Positions 33,390 through 44,138 of a stretch of 64,000 nucleotides of DNA are shown here, piece after piece. This stretch comes from Haliotis cracherodii (lineage: Eukaryota), in NCBI RefSeq assembly GCF_022045235.1, contig NW_027266330.1, positions 31,682,001 through 31,746,000 of the forward strand, written 5' to 3'. The position numbers and the translations under genes were made by a program. The notes under the pieces are model-generated. The model saw nothing but the letters and a program-made list of their open reading frames with translations. It was not told the DNA's origin and made no database searches. Numbering within the stretch: position 1 is the stretch's first letter; the number at the start of each line of letters is the position of its first letter.

Positions 33390-36300
33390 ATGGAAGGACT
33401 AAATATTTTTCAGTGGAACGCCAACGGACTCACCTCCCACGGCCATGAACTAAAAACTAAATTTAAACTAAATAAAGGCCCTCACATTGCTTGTATACAG
33501 GAAACCAAATTCTCAAAAAAATCGAAATTCACACTACCTAACTACAACTCAGTTAGAACTGACAGAGCTAAACCGAAAACAAGAAGAGCCGCAGGAGGAC
33601 TAATCATATTTATCAGGGAAGATATAAATTACGAAGAAATAAAAATAGACACGCCAAACCTAGAAGCCAACGGCATTAAAATCACATTAAATAACCGAAA
33701 CATAAACATCATAAATATTTACCACTGGGCGGAACAAAAAGTCCAACCTGAGGATCTAAACAAACTACTCAAAATAAGCGATAAATCTACTATATTCCTA
33801 GGAGACTTTAACGCTCACCATCCTACATGGAGCATAGATGATAAAATAGATAATCATGGCAAATTAATCTCCGAATGGATAGAAACAAACGACCTAGTAC
33901 TCCTTAATAGCAACCAACCCACGAGGTACGATAAGATAAACCAAAAAATGTCGGCTATCGACCTAACCATATGCACCGCAGATCTAGCCCAAAGCACTCA
34001 ATGGGAAGTGCACGACGTCCCGCTAGGTAGCGACCACTTCCCCATAAACATAACCATAGGAAATACAAACGTACCAATCCAAACAGAAAACCAAGAACCA
34101 AAATTCCATTACAACAAAGCTAACTGGGACCAATTCCAAGATATCTGCAACGAAGCTAACTTAAACGAAATAGAAAATAATGATCCAGAAACCTATTGTA
34201 AAAACCTAACAGACTATATAATAAACGCAGCCAAAACCTCCATCCCCTTCAAAACATCTAAGACAGGCAAACCGACGGTACCATGGTGGAATGAGGAAAT
34301 AGAACAGACTAGACGAAAACGTAAATCAGCCTTCAATAAAGCAAAACGCGACTACAAATATTTAAACATAGCCCACGAACTAAACCACCAGGTTCAAAAA
34401 CTAGTCCAAATAGCCAAAAGTAGAGACTGGAAAAAATTCTGCGAAGGTATAAATAACCGTACAGATGCCAGAACGGTCTGGCGCAAAATCCACGCCATTA
34501 GAGGCTTAAAACGACATAAAAAAACCCCTAACATTAACAACTCAACCAACCCCGCCCAAAAAGCAAATAATCTCGCCAACCACTTTTCGGCCGTTAGCAG
34601 TAACAGCAACTTCAGCCAAAAATTCCAAGATAAACTTAAAACAGAAAACAAACCCACAAAAGAACCAAACAATAACAATCTAGAAATAAATCAACCCTAC
34701 ACAATGGAGGAGCTCCTCTACGTAATCCAAAACAGGAAAAAGGGCACAGCCCCAGGATTAGACCTAACCTCTTACCAAATAATTAAAAAACTCCCCCTAA
34801 AACTGCTCCAGGCACTACTCAAACTATACAATCTCATCTACCTAAACGGACAGGTTCCTACTCCCTGGAAACAGGCCCTAGTCATACCAATCCCTAAACC
34901 TAATAAACCAGCTAATCAAGCTAACTCATATAGACCAATATCCCTAACTTCAAACTTATGTAAAGTAATGGAATCAATGGCTAAAAATAGATTACAACAT
35001 CACTTAACCCAAAATAACACCATAAACCCAGATCAAAGCGGTTTCACTCCTGGCCGCTCAACCCTAGATAACCTCGCCCGACTAGAACAAGATATTAAGA
35101 CAGGACAAATAAATAAACAATATACCACAGGCATCTTCTTAGACTTCTCTAAAGCTTTCGACATGGTATGGCACGATGGGCTAATACAAAAACTTAAAAA
35201 AATAGGACTCAAAGGTCAGATAATAAACTACATCCAGGACTTCCTAAACAATCGTAAAATAACCGTGTGTATAGACCAAACTCTATCGGACCAATGTCCC
35301 CTAGAAAATGGCACTCCACAGGGCAGTATCCTCAGCCCCACCCTCTTCAATATAATGATAAACGATCTATTCGAGGGCCTATCCCCTAAAGTAAACACAT
35401 CAAAATTCGCGGATGATGGAGCCATCTGGATCCGCACTAAAAGCATGAAAATGGCCCAAAATTTACTCCAAAAATCTCTTAATAAAATACAACAATGGGC
35501 TGACAAATGGGGCTTCTCCCTTAACTCAGAAAAAACAACAGGAATAGTATTCAAACATAAAAACATGAAACCCGCCTCCCCAATCCTCCAGCTAAACAAT
35601 CAAACAATCAAATTTCAAAAACAAACCAAATTCTTAGGACTTATTTTCGATGAACATCTCACCTGGGATGCTCACATCCAAAACCTAACAACTAAATGCA
35701 GTAAAGACCTAAACACCCTAAGATGCCTAACTGGCTCTAACTGGGGAGCCTCCAAAGATACTCTCCTCTCTCTCTACATATCCCTAATTAGATCAAAACT
35801 AGACTACGGCTGCGCCATATACAACACCCTAAACAACTCTCTATCTAAAAAACTTGACTCAATACAATATCAGGCTCTCAAACTCATTACACGCACCCAA
35901 CATGGCACCTCCTACACCTCACTTCAGGCCTTAACAGGAGAAATGCCACTAAGTCTACGCAGGGAACAGCTAAGCTTAAATTTCTGGGCCGCGTCCCAAT
36001 CAAACCCTCTCATCCAAAACTTAATAAACCAAAACATCAGCCCTAAAAACCAAGCCCTAGCTCGTAAACACCCCTTACTTACCCCAATATCCCAAAGAAT
36101 AACAAACTACCTAAATGAACACCAAATTAAAAATCTTAAACAAAACTGCAAACAATCAAATATCTTCACCCCTAAACTTAAAATACCCAAAATAGACACA
36201 ACACTAGCTAGCCAAATAAATAAACAAACCGACCCAAACATAGCTAAAACTACCACACTAGCATACATACACAAAAATTGGCCAAATTGGTGTCACATTT

Positions 36301-37148
36301 ACACGGACGGATCCTCAGATCCGACCTCCAAACACACGGGTTTCGGAGTCCATACCACACAACCAACTAAAACCACACAATCCTTCCGACTCCCAAATAA
36401 CCAATCAATATTCACGGCCGAACTAATGGGCATGGCCTCAGCCCTCCACAATCAAGAATCAAAAAACAACCAAAAAATCCTAATACTTACTGACTCCCTA
36501 AGTGGACTGCAAGCCCTCCAAAACAAAAATACCAAAAACCGACCTAAATTAATAAATCAAATACTTAAAAGCTCCAACGACCTAACAAAAGCAGGCAAAC
36601 AAATAACCTTCTTGTGGATACCCGCCCACGTAGGAATATACGGTAATGAAAACGCCGATAAAGCAGCTAAACTATCCCTCAAAATCCCAGAAATAAGCTT
36701 AAACTTACCCATCTCAAAATCAGAAATTAAAAGTGTAAACAAACAAAAAATCACAAAAAAATGGCATAACCTATATCTAAACTCAAATAGCCAAATCAAA
36801 AGAGTGCTCAGCAAACCACTAACCAAACCAAAAATTCTCCATCCATCCAAAAAAATCGACAGAGTAATCACTAAACTCCAAACAGGACACACCAACCTAA
36901 ATAACCACCTAAAAAAAATTAAAAAACACACTACAGGTAACTGCCCACACTGCAAACAACCAGAAACCCCAGAACACGCACTCATCCACTGCACACACTA
37001 CCTAACACATCGAACCGCATTACAAACCACCCTCAATCTAAACAAGGCTCTCACTCTAGAAGCAATACTAAACCCACAAAATAAACTAGAAAACTTCAAG
37101 GCCTTAGGCGTATTCTTAATCAAAACGGAACTAATAAAACGCATCTAA
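33390..37148 (+). CDS. Copy C ORF2, complete 1252 aa APE-RT-RNase H-CCHC
   Basis: ATG-initiated MEGLNIFQWNANG; all catalytic motifs present. Confidence 0.96.
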   Translation: MEGLNIFQWNANGLTSHGHELKTKFKLNKGPHIACIQETKFSKKSKFTLPNYNSVRTDRAKPKTRRAAGGLIIFIREDINYEEIKIDTPNLEANGIKITLNNRNINIINIYHWAEQKVQPEDLNKLLKISDKSTIFLGDFNAHHPTWSIDDKIDNHGKLISEWIETNDLVLLNSNQPTRYDKINQKMSAIDLTICTADLAQSTQWEVHDVPLGSDHFPINITIGNTNVPIQTENQEPKFHYNKANWDQFQDICNEANLNEIENNDPETYCKNLTDYIINAAKTSIPFKTSKTGKPTVPWWNEEIEQTRRKRKSAFNKAKRDYKYLNIAHELNHQVQKLVQIAKSRDWKKFCEGINNRTDARTVWRKIHAIRGLKRHKKTPNINNSTNPAQKANNLANHFSAVSSNSNFSQKFQDKLKTENKPTKEPNNNNLEINQPYTMEELLYVIQNRKKGTAPGLDLTSYQIIKKLPLKLLQALLKLYNLIYLNGQVPTPWKQALVIPIPKPNKPANQANSYRPISLTSNLCKVMESMAKNRLQHHLTQNNTINPDQSGFTPGRSTLDNLARLEQDIKTGQINKQYTTGIFLDFSKAFDMVWHDGLIQKLKKIGLKGQIINYIQDFLNNRKITVCIDQTLSDQCPLENGTPQGSILSPTLFNIMINDLFEGLSPKVNTSKFADDGAIWIRTKSMKMAQNLLQKSLNKIQQWADKWGFSLNSEKTTGIVFKHKNMKPASPILQLNNQTIKFQKQTKFLGLIFDEHLTWDAHIQNLTTKCSKDLNTLRCLTGSNWGASKDTLLSLYISLIRSKLDYGCAIYNTLNNSLSKKLDSIQYQALKLITRTQHGTSYTSLQALTGEMPLSLRREQLSLNFWAASQSNPLIQNLINQNISPKNQALARKHPLLTPISQRITNYLNEHQIKNLKQNCKQSNIFTPKLKIPKIDTTLASQINKQTDPNIAKTTTLAYIHKNWPNWCHIYTDGSSDPTSKHTGFGVHTTQPTKTTQSFRLPNNQSIFTAELMGMASALHNQESKNNQKILILTDSLSGLQALQNKNTKNRPKLINQILKSSNDLTKAGKQITFLWIPAHVGIYGNENADKAAKLSLKIPEISLNLPISKSEIKSVNKQKITKKWHNLYLNSNSQIKRVLSKPLTKPKILHPSKKIDRVITKLQTGHTNLNNHLKKIKKHTTGNCPHCKQPETPEHALIHCTHYLTHRTALQTTLNLNKALTLEAILNPQNKLENFKALGVFLIKTELIKRI

Positions 37149-37437
37149 AACCATAATAACCTACCAAATCAAAATCACAAAAACAAACAATCATCCACCA
37201 TACCCAGCTCCCTTAGTTCTCCTCCCCAACCCCATCGGCATCTATTCCAAATCTCAAAATTCCCAAATTCTATATAAGCAACCCCTAAAGCCCCCTCTTG
37301 GGTTGCACAGACCACCCTCGCCCCTTTCGGAAACACAATAAATGGCCTGGCCGGGCCCGTGTGCGAAATACGCATCAGTCGGAAAGCGCACGTTAAATCT
37401 CCAAAGTAAGTAAGTAAGTAAGTAAGTGGAGTCCTTC

Positions 37438-37584
37438 CAGTTGCAGTTTGTACCCCAAGCGAGCAACACCTCCCAAGCCAGCACAGAGCATTGCCTGATA
37501 GCCAGCCAAGGAGAACTCCAACATCGGTAATTATCACGTCATCCTTTCAGCCTTATTCACATACTCTTACAATCACTCTCACCG
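37438..37584 (+). mobile_element. 147-bp 5'-end fragment of a variant subfamily of the same LINE
   Basis: Aligns to 37673-37810 with several substitutions and an ~8-bp insertion (CCTTTCAGCCTTATTC vs CCTTATTC). Confidence 0.9.
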
Positions 37585-37672
37585 TTTGTTTGTTTGTTGT
37601 TTAACGCCGAACCTAGCAGTGTTCCAGCTACAGGACAGCGGTTTGAAAATAAACGAGTCTTGGCCAGACAAT
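37585..37672 (-). mobile_element. Probable SINE 3'-end fragment, antisense
   Basis: Minus strand ends ...GGCGTTAAACAACAAACAAACAAA (CGTTAAA plus microsatellite tail); resembles, from memory, gastropod (abalone-type) SINE 3' ends; not found elsewhere in the window. Confidence 0.6.
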
Positions 37673-38303
37673 CAGTTGCAGTTTGTACTCCCAGCGAGCA
37701 ACACTTCCCAAGCCAGCACAGAGCATTGCCTGATAGCCAGCCAAGGAAACTCCATCATCGGTAATTATCACGTTATCCTTATTCACATACTCTTAAAATC
37801 ACTCTCACCGAATTAATCATAAAACCCCTAAATCCTTAAAAAACAACAACACTAAATAACCAACACCTTATCCTACCCAATCTCCCTAACACAGCTCGCA
37901 CTCATTTCTACTCACACCCACGCCCACCACTCAAACACACCCTTTGACCCAACTCCTAAAAGCAAAAAACACCTAATCCCCCCTTCTCCTAAACACAACG
38001 CTCGCTCTTTCCTACTCACCACCCACGCCCACCACTCACATACCTCCACTCCTTCGACTAAATATCTCTTAATCCCCGCTTTCCACTTGTCTCACCTTAT
38101 CCCAGCCTTCCAGAATCAAACTTAATCTTCAATAAATAATCCATTTCCCAAACCCTCCTACTAAAACCAACAACAAATAACCACCGCAACCTCCTCCGCC
38201 TCCTAAACACAAATCACCAAGTAAAAACAACAAACCAACTCACCTCCCCAAAACCACCACCACTCACCACAACACACGCTCTCCAACACAACACCCAAAC
38301 AAT

Positions 38304-39929
38304 ATGACTGACACCCGCAACGCCACACTCGCAGACATTCCAGCTCCTTACTCACCCACGCCTGCGGAAGCGCACAACACTTCTGGGAGGTCACTCGAAA
38401 ACATCGTCCCGACCGAGTATGGCGAAAACACGACATACACCACCCCAACCAAACCAGCTAACTCGCCACCACAAAACACCAAAAAACGCAAACTCGACAC
38501 ATCCACTCCACCTCCATCGCCAACACCCTCCCCGGCCGCCTTCCTCACCACCTTCGCCCTCTACTTCTTCTCAGCAGGCTCAGGCACCACTCTCTCACTA
38601 GAACTTTCGGCAGACAAAATAGGACTTTGGTTCAAAAGACAAAAAATAAATTACAACAATATTAAAAAAGCCAACAAAGGATACCAGATAATCTTTCCTA
38701 ACCGAGAATCTTACAACGCAGCAAATAAAATAACTCAAATATTCCACGTCACGGTAATCAAACAAACACCTAATTGGCAACAATATACCCGAGGCGTAAT
38801 AAGGGTTAACCCAAGGGAAACAACTGAGGACTTACAATTATACTCTCTAGAAGCTAACATAAACCAAGACCAAAACCCTCAACCCCTAATCACCAGCACG
38901 CGCAGAATAACCTCAACTAGAAACGGAAAAACGGTCCCAACCTCCATTGTCATAATCAACTTTAAAAAAACCGCTAAATTCCCTGAAGCCCCCAAACACA
39001 TATCCTTCGGAGCCCACACAAACTTAGAAGTCAAACCCTATATAAAGCAGGTTAAGCAATGTTCAAAGTGCCTCAAATACAACCACACTGCTTCCCAATG
39101 CACCTACCCTAAAACTAAATGTAAAAAATGCGCACAAACAGACTGCCCAGGCACATGCACACCCTGGTGCATCCACTGCAAATCCACCCAACACACTTCA
39201 CTTTCAAACCAATGCCCACACAGACACACACTCACCCAGCAGGCCAACAAACACATAAACATAGAAACGGCTAAAATCCAAACACGAAAATTTGCTACAC
39301 CTGCATCTAAACCACTCCTCCCTACACCACACCCAAACACCATCCCACAAACAAACACCACACCCATAACCGACAGCTCTGTCTGGGACCCCTACCGAGA
39401 AACCGCACCCACCTCACACACACAAGCAGCCACTCAACCAACCACGAACCCTCCCAAAACATCAACCCCCGCATGCAAAACAAACCTCAAAATGACCACC
39501 ACAACACGACCCTCATCCAAGCACCCTACAGCCCATATGGCAACAACGCTCTCCCACAAGCAAGCACAACAACAAAACACAAACACTAAGAAAACATCAG
39601 CTACACCCATCCCGCCAACACCTTCACAACCCTCCACATCACATGCCTCCCCCATGGAAACTCAACCAGCTAAACCTAATCCAACCCATGACGAAGATTT
39701 CTCCACTACTGAGGAAACAATAGACACTACTCCAACTAAAACAAACCAAACTTCCCAACCAGCCAACACCCCAAACCTAAATAACCTCACCTTACTCCTA
39801 GCATATATGCATAGTCAAAACTCACCAAAAGCTAGTATGGAATCCTTCCACAAAGTAGCTTTCAATCTAAAATTAACCGATCTTCCCTTCTTCCTCTTTA
39901 ACCTCCATCTAAAAGAACTCACCGAATAA
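38304..39929 (+). CDS. Copy D ORF1 (541 aa)
   Basis: Nearly identical to copy B ORF1. Confidence 0.9.
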   Translation: MTDTRNATLADIPAPYSPTPAEAHNTSGRSLENIVPTEYGENTTYTTPTKPANSPPQNTKKRKLDTSTPPPSPTPSPAAFLTTFALYFFSAGSGTTLSLELSADKIGLWFKRQKINYNNIKKANKGYQIIFPNRESYNAANKITQIFHVTVIKQTPNWQQYTRGVIRVNPRETTEDLQLYSLEANINQDQNPQPLITSTRRITSTRNGKTVPTSIVIINFKKTAKFPEAPKHISFGAHTNLEVKPYIKQVKQCSKCLKYNHTASQCTYPKTKCKKCAQTDCPGTCTPWCIHCKSTQHTSLSNQCPHRHTLTQQANKHINIETAKIQTRKFATPASKPLLPTPHPNTIPQTNTTPITDSSVWDPYRETAPTSHTQAATQPTTNPPKTSTPACKTNLKMTTTTRPSSKHPTAHMATTLSHKQAQQQNTNTKKTSATPIPPTPSQPSTSHASPMETQPAKPNPTHDEDFSTTEETIDTTPTKTNQTSQPANTPNLNNLTLLLAYMHSQNSPKASMESFHKVAFNLKLTDLPFFLFNLHLKELTE

Positions 39930-39948
39930 AATAAAAACTAAAAACTAA

Positions 39949-42900
39949 ATCACCAATCACCCGAACCCAATATTCGAAGGACTAAATATTTTTCAGTGGA
40001 ACGCCAACGGACTCACCTCCCACGGCCATGAACTAAAAACTAAATTTAAACTAAATAAAGGCCCTCACATTGCTTGTATACAGGAAACCAAATTCTCAAA
40101 AAAATCGAAATTCACACTACCTAACTACAACTCAGTTAGAACTGACAGAGCTAAACCGAAAACAAGAAGAGCCGCAGGAGGACTAATCATATTTATCAGG
40201 GAAGATATAAATTACGAAGAAATAAAAATAGACACGCCAAACCTAGAAGCCAACGGCATTAAAATCACATTAAATAACCGAAACATAAACATCATAAATA
40301 TTTACCACTGGGCGGAACAAAAAGTCCAACCTGAGGATCTAAACAAACTACTCAAAATAAGCGATAAATCTACTATATTCCTAGGAGACTTTAACGCTCA
40401 CCATCCTACATGGAGCATAGATGATAAAATAGATACTCATGGCAAATTAATCTCCGAATGGATAGAAACAAACGACCTAGTACTCCTTAATAGCAACCAA
40501 CCCACGAGGTACGATAAGATAAACCAAAAAATGTCGGCTATCGACCTAACCATATGCACCGCAGATCTAGCCCAAAGCACTCAATGGGAAGTGCACGACG
40601 TCCCGCTAGGTAGCGACCACTTCCCCATAAACATAACCATAGGAAATACAAACGTACCAATCCAAACAGAAAACCAAGAACCAAAATTCCATTACAACAA
40701 AGCTAACTGGGACCAATTCCAAGATATCTGCAACGAAGCTAACTTAAACGAAATAGAAAATAATGATCCAGAAACCTATTGTAAAAACCTAACAGACTAT
40801 ATAATAAACGCAGCCAAAACCTCCATCCCCTTCAAAGTATCTAAGACAGGCAAACCGACGGTACCATGGTGGAATGAGGAAATAGAACAGACTAGACGAA
40901 AACGTAAATCAGCCTTCAATAAAGCAAAACGCGACTACAAATATTTAAACATAGCCCACGAACTAAACCACCAGGTTCAAAAACTAGTCCAAATAGCCAA
41001 AAGTAGAGACTGGAAAAAATTCTGCGAAGGTATAAATAACCGTACAGATGCCAGAACGGTCTGGCGCAAAATCCACGCCATTAGAGGCTTAAAACGACAT
41101 AACAAAACCCCTAACATTAACAACTCAACCAACCCCGCCCAAAAAGCAAATAATCTCGCCAACCACTTTTCGGCCGTTAGCAGTAACAGCAACTTCAGCC
41201 AAAAATTCCAAGATAAACTTAAAACAGAAAACAAACCCACAAAAGAACCAAACAATAACAATCTAGAAATAAATCAACCCTACACAATGGAGGAGCTCCT
41301 CTACGTAATCCAAAACAGGAAAAAGGGCACAGCCCCAGGATTAGACCTAACCTCTTACCAAATAATTAAAAAACTCCCCCTAAAACTGCTCCAGGCACTA
41401 CTCAAACTATACAATCTCATCTACCTAAACGGACAGGTTCCTACACCCTGGAAACAGGCCCTAGTCATACCAATCCCTAAACCTAATAAACCAGCTAATC
41501 AAGCTAACTCATATAGACCAATATCCCTAACTTCAAACTTATGTAAAGTAATGGAATCAATGGCTAAAAATAGATTACAACATTACTTAACCCAAAATAA
41601 CACCATAAACCCAGATCAAAGCGGTTTCACTCCTGGCCGCTCAACCCTAGATAACCTCGCCCGACTAGAACAAGATATTAAGACAGGACAACTAAATAAA
41701 CAATATACCACAGGCATCTTCTTAGACTTCTCTAAAGCTTTCGACATGGTATGGCACGATGGGCTAATACAAAAACTTAAAAAAATAGGACTCAAAGGTC
41801 AGATAATAAACTACATCCAGGACTTCCTAAACAATCGTAAAATAACCGTGTGTATAGACCAAACTCTATCGGACCAATGTCCCCTAGAAAATGGCACTCC
41901 ACAGGGCAGTATCCTCAGCCCCACCCTCTTCAATATAATGATAAACGATCTATTCGAGGGTCTATCCCCTAAAGTAAACACATCAAAATTCGCGGATGAT
42001 GGAGCCATCTGGATCCGCACTAAAAGCATGAAAATGGCCACAAATCTACTCCAAAAATCTCTTAATAAAATACAACAATGGGCTGACAAATGGGGCTTCT
42101 CCCTTAACTCAGAAAAAACAACAGGAATAGTATTCAAACATAAAAACATGAAACCCGCCTCCCCAATCCTCCAGCTAAACAACCAAACAATCAAATTTCA
42201 AAAACAAACCAAATTCTTAGGACTTATTTTCGATGAACATCTCACCTGGGATGCTCACATCCAAAACCTAACAACTAAATGCAGTAAAGACCTAAACACC
42301 CTAAGATGCCTAACTGGCTCTAACTGGGGAGCCTCCAAAGATACTCTCCTCTCTCTCTACATATCCCTAATTAGATCAAAACTAGACTACGGCTGCGCCA
42401 TATACAACACCCTAAACAACTCTCTATCCAAAAAACTTGACTCAATACAATATCAGGCTCTCAAACTCATTACACGCACCCAACATGGCACCTCCTACAC
42501 CTCACTTCAGGCCTTAACAGGAGAAATGCCACTAAGTCTACGCAGGGAACAGCTAAGCTTAAATTTCTGGGCCGCGTCCCAATCAAACCCTCTCATCCAA
42601 AACTTAATAAACCAAAACATCAGCCCTAAAAACCAAGCTCTAGCTCGTAAACACCCCTTACTTACCCCAATATCCCAAAGAATAACAAACTACCTAAATG
42701 AACACCAAATTAAAAATCTTAAACAAAACTGCAAACAATCAAATATCTTCACCCCTAAACTTAAAATACCCAAAATAGACACAACACTAGCTAGCCAAAT
42801 AAATAAACAAACCGACCCAAACATAGCTAAAACTACCACACTAGCATACATACACAAAAATTGGCCAAATTGGTGTCACATTTACACGGACGGATCCTCA

Positions 42901-43731
42901 GATCCGACCTCCAAACACACGGGTTTCGGAGTCCATACCACACAACCAACTAAAACCACACAATCCTTCCGACTCCCAAATAACCAATCAATATTCACGG
43001 CCGAACTAATGGGCATGGCCTCAGCCCTCCACAATCAAGAATCCAAAAACAACCAAAAAATCCTAATACTTACTGACTCCCTAAGTGGACTACAAGCCCT
43101 CCAAAACAAAAATACCAAAAACCGACCTAAATTAATAAATCAAATACTTAAAAGCTCCAACGACCTAACAAAAGCAGGCAAACAAATAACCTTCTTGTGG
43201 ATACCCGCCCACGTAGGAATATACGGTAATGAAAACGCCGATAAAGCAGCTAAACTATCCCTTAAAATCCCAGAAATAAGCTTAAACTTACCCATCTCAA
43301 AATCAGAAATTAAAAGTGTAAACAAACAAAAAATCACAAAAAAATGGCATAACCTATATCTAAACTCAAATAGCCAAATCAAAAGAGTGCTCAGCAAACC
43401 ACTAACCAAACCAAAAATTCTCCATCCATCAAAAAAAATCGACAGAGTAATCACTAAACTCCAAACAGGACACACCAACCTAAATAACCACCTAAAAAAA
43501 TTTAAAAAACACACTACAGGTAACTGCCCACACTGCAAACAACCAGAAACCCCAGAACACGCACTCATCCACTGCACACACTACCTAACACATCGAACCG
43601 CATTACAAACCACCCTCAATCTAAACAAGGCTCTCACTCTAGAAGCAATACTAAACCCACAAAATAAACTAGAAAACTTCAAGGCCTTAGGCGTATTCTT
43701 AATAAAAACGGAACTAATAAAACGCATCTAA
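39949..43731 (+). CDS. Copy D ORF2, AUG-less start (TTC at 39973)
   Basis: Same configuration as copy B; open through the APE domain into the track's 40531 ORF. Confidence 0.9.
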   Translation: MTNHPNPIFEGLNIFQWNANGLTSHGHELKTKFKLNKGPHIACIQETKFSKKSKFTLPNYNSVRTDRAKPKTRRAAGGLIIFIREDINYEEIKIDTPNLEANGIKITLNNRNINIINIYHWAEQKVQPEDLNKLLKISDKSTIFLGDFNAHHPTWSIDDKIDTHGKLISEWIETNDLVLLNSNQPTRYDKINQKMSAIDLTICTADLAQSTQWEVHDVPLGSDHFPINITIGNTNVPIQTENQEPKFHYNKANWDQFQDICNEANLNEIENNDPETYCKNLTDYIINAAKTSIPFKVSKTGKPTVPWWNEEIEQTRRKRKSAFNKAKRDYKYLNIAHELNHQVQKLVQIAKSRDWKKFCEGINNRTDARTVWRKIHAIRGLKRHNKTPNINNSTNPAQKANNLANHFSAVSSNSNFSQKFQDKLKTENKPTKEPNNNNLEINQPYTMEELLYVIQNRKKGTAPGLDLTSYQIIKKLPLKLLQALLKLYNLIYLNGQVPTPWKQALVIPIPKPNKPANQANSYRPISLTSNLCKVMESMAKNRLQHYLTQNNTINPDQSGFTPGRSTLDNLARLEQDIKTGQLNKQYTTGIFLDFSKAFDMVWHDGLIQKLKKIGLKGQIINYIQDFLNNRKITVCIDQTLSDQCPLENGTPQGSILSPTLFNIMINDLFEGLSPKVNTSKFADDGAIWIRTKSMKMATNLLQKSLNKIQQWADKWGFSLNSEKTTGIVFKHKNMKPASPILQLNNQTIKFQKQTKFLGLIFDEHLTWDAHIQNLTTKCSKDLNTLRCLTGSNWGASKDTLLSLYISLIRSKLDYGCAIYNTLNNSLSKKLDSIQYQALKLITRTQHGTSYTSLQALTGEMPLSLRREQLSLNFWAASQSNPLIQNLINQNISPKNQALARKHPLLTPISQRITNYLNEHQIKNLKQNCKQSNIFTPKLKIPKIDTTLASQINKQTDPNIAKTTTLAYIHKNWPNWCHIYTDGSSDPTSKHTGFGVHTTQPTKTTQSFRLPNNQSIFTAELMGMASALHNQESKNNQKILILTDSLSGLQALQNKNTKNRPKLINQILKSSNDLTKAGKQITFLWIPAHVGIYGNENADKAAKLSLKIPEISLNLPISKSEIKSVNKQKITKKWHNLYLNSNSQIKRVLSKPLTKPKILHPSKKIDRVITKLQTGHTNLNNHLKKFKKHTTGNCPHCKQPETPEHALIHCTHYLTHRTALQTTLNLNKALTLEAILNPQNKLENFKALGVFLIKTELIKRI

Positions 43732-44138
43732 AACCATAATAACCTACCAAATCAAAATCACATAAACAAACAATCATCCACCATACCCAGCTCCCTTAGT
43801 TCTCCTCCCCAACCCCATCAGCATCTATTCCAAATCTCAAAATTCCCAAATTCTATATAAGCAACCCCTAAAGCCCCCTCTTGGGTTGCACAGACCACCC
43901 TCGCCCCTTTCGGAAACACATTAAATGGCCTGGCCGGGCCCGTGTGCGAAATACGCATCAGTCGGAAAGCGCACGTTAAATCTCCAAAGTAAGTAAGTAA
44001 GTAAGTGGAGTCCTTCACTGCATCTCAATCCGTGAGAACGAACACATCTACTTTCCAATTATCTAAATTTGGCGCTACTGAATTCCTGTAGTATTACATC
44101 CGACTGCATTCTAGTGTTGTGTCCGAAGGCCCTAGAAA

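Larger units (their letters stand above)
32387..37426 (+). mobile_element. I-group retrotransposon copy C, lacking 5' UTR and N-terminal ORF1, no 5' TSD
   Basis: Host spacer ...GACATCAA joins mid-ORF1 ACCGCTAAATTCC; complete ORF2; (AAGT)6 tail followed by TGGAGTCCTTC at 37427-37437. Confidence 0.95.
37673..44005 (+). mobile_element. I-group retrotransposon copy D, full length
   Basis: Starts CAGTTGCAGTTTG; ORF1, ORF2, (AAGT)5 tail; TGGAGTCCTTC at 44006-44016 pairs with 37427-37437 around the composite 37438-44005. Confidence 0.97.
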
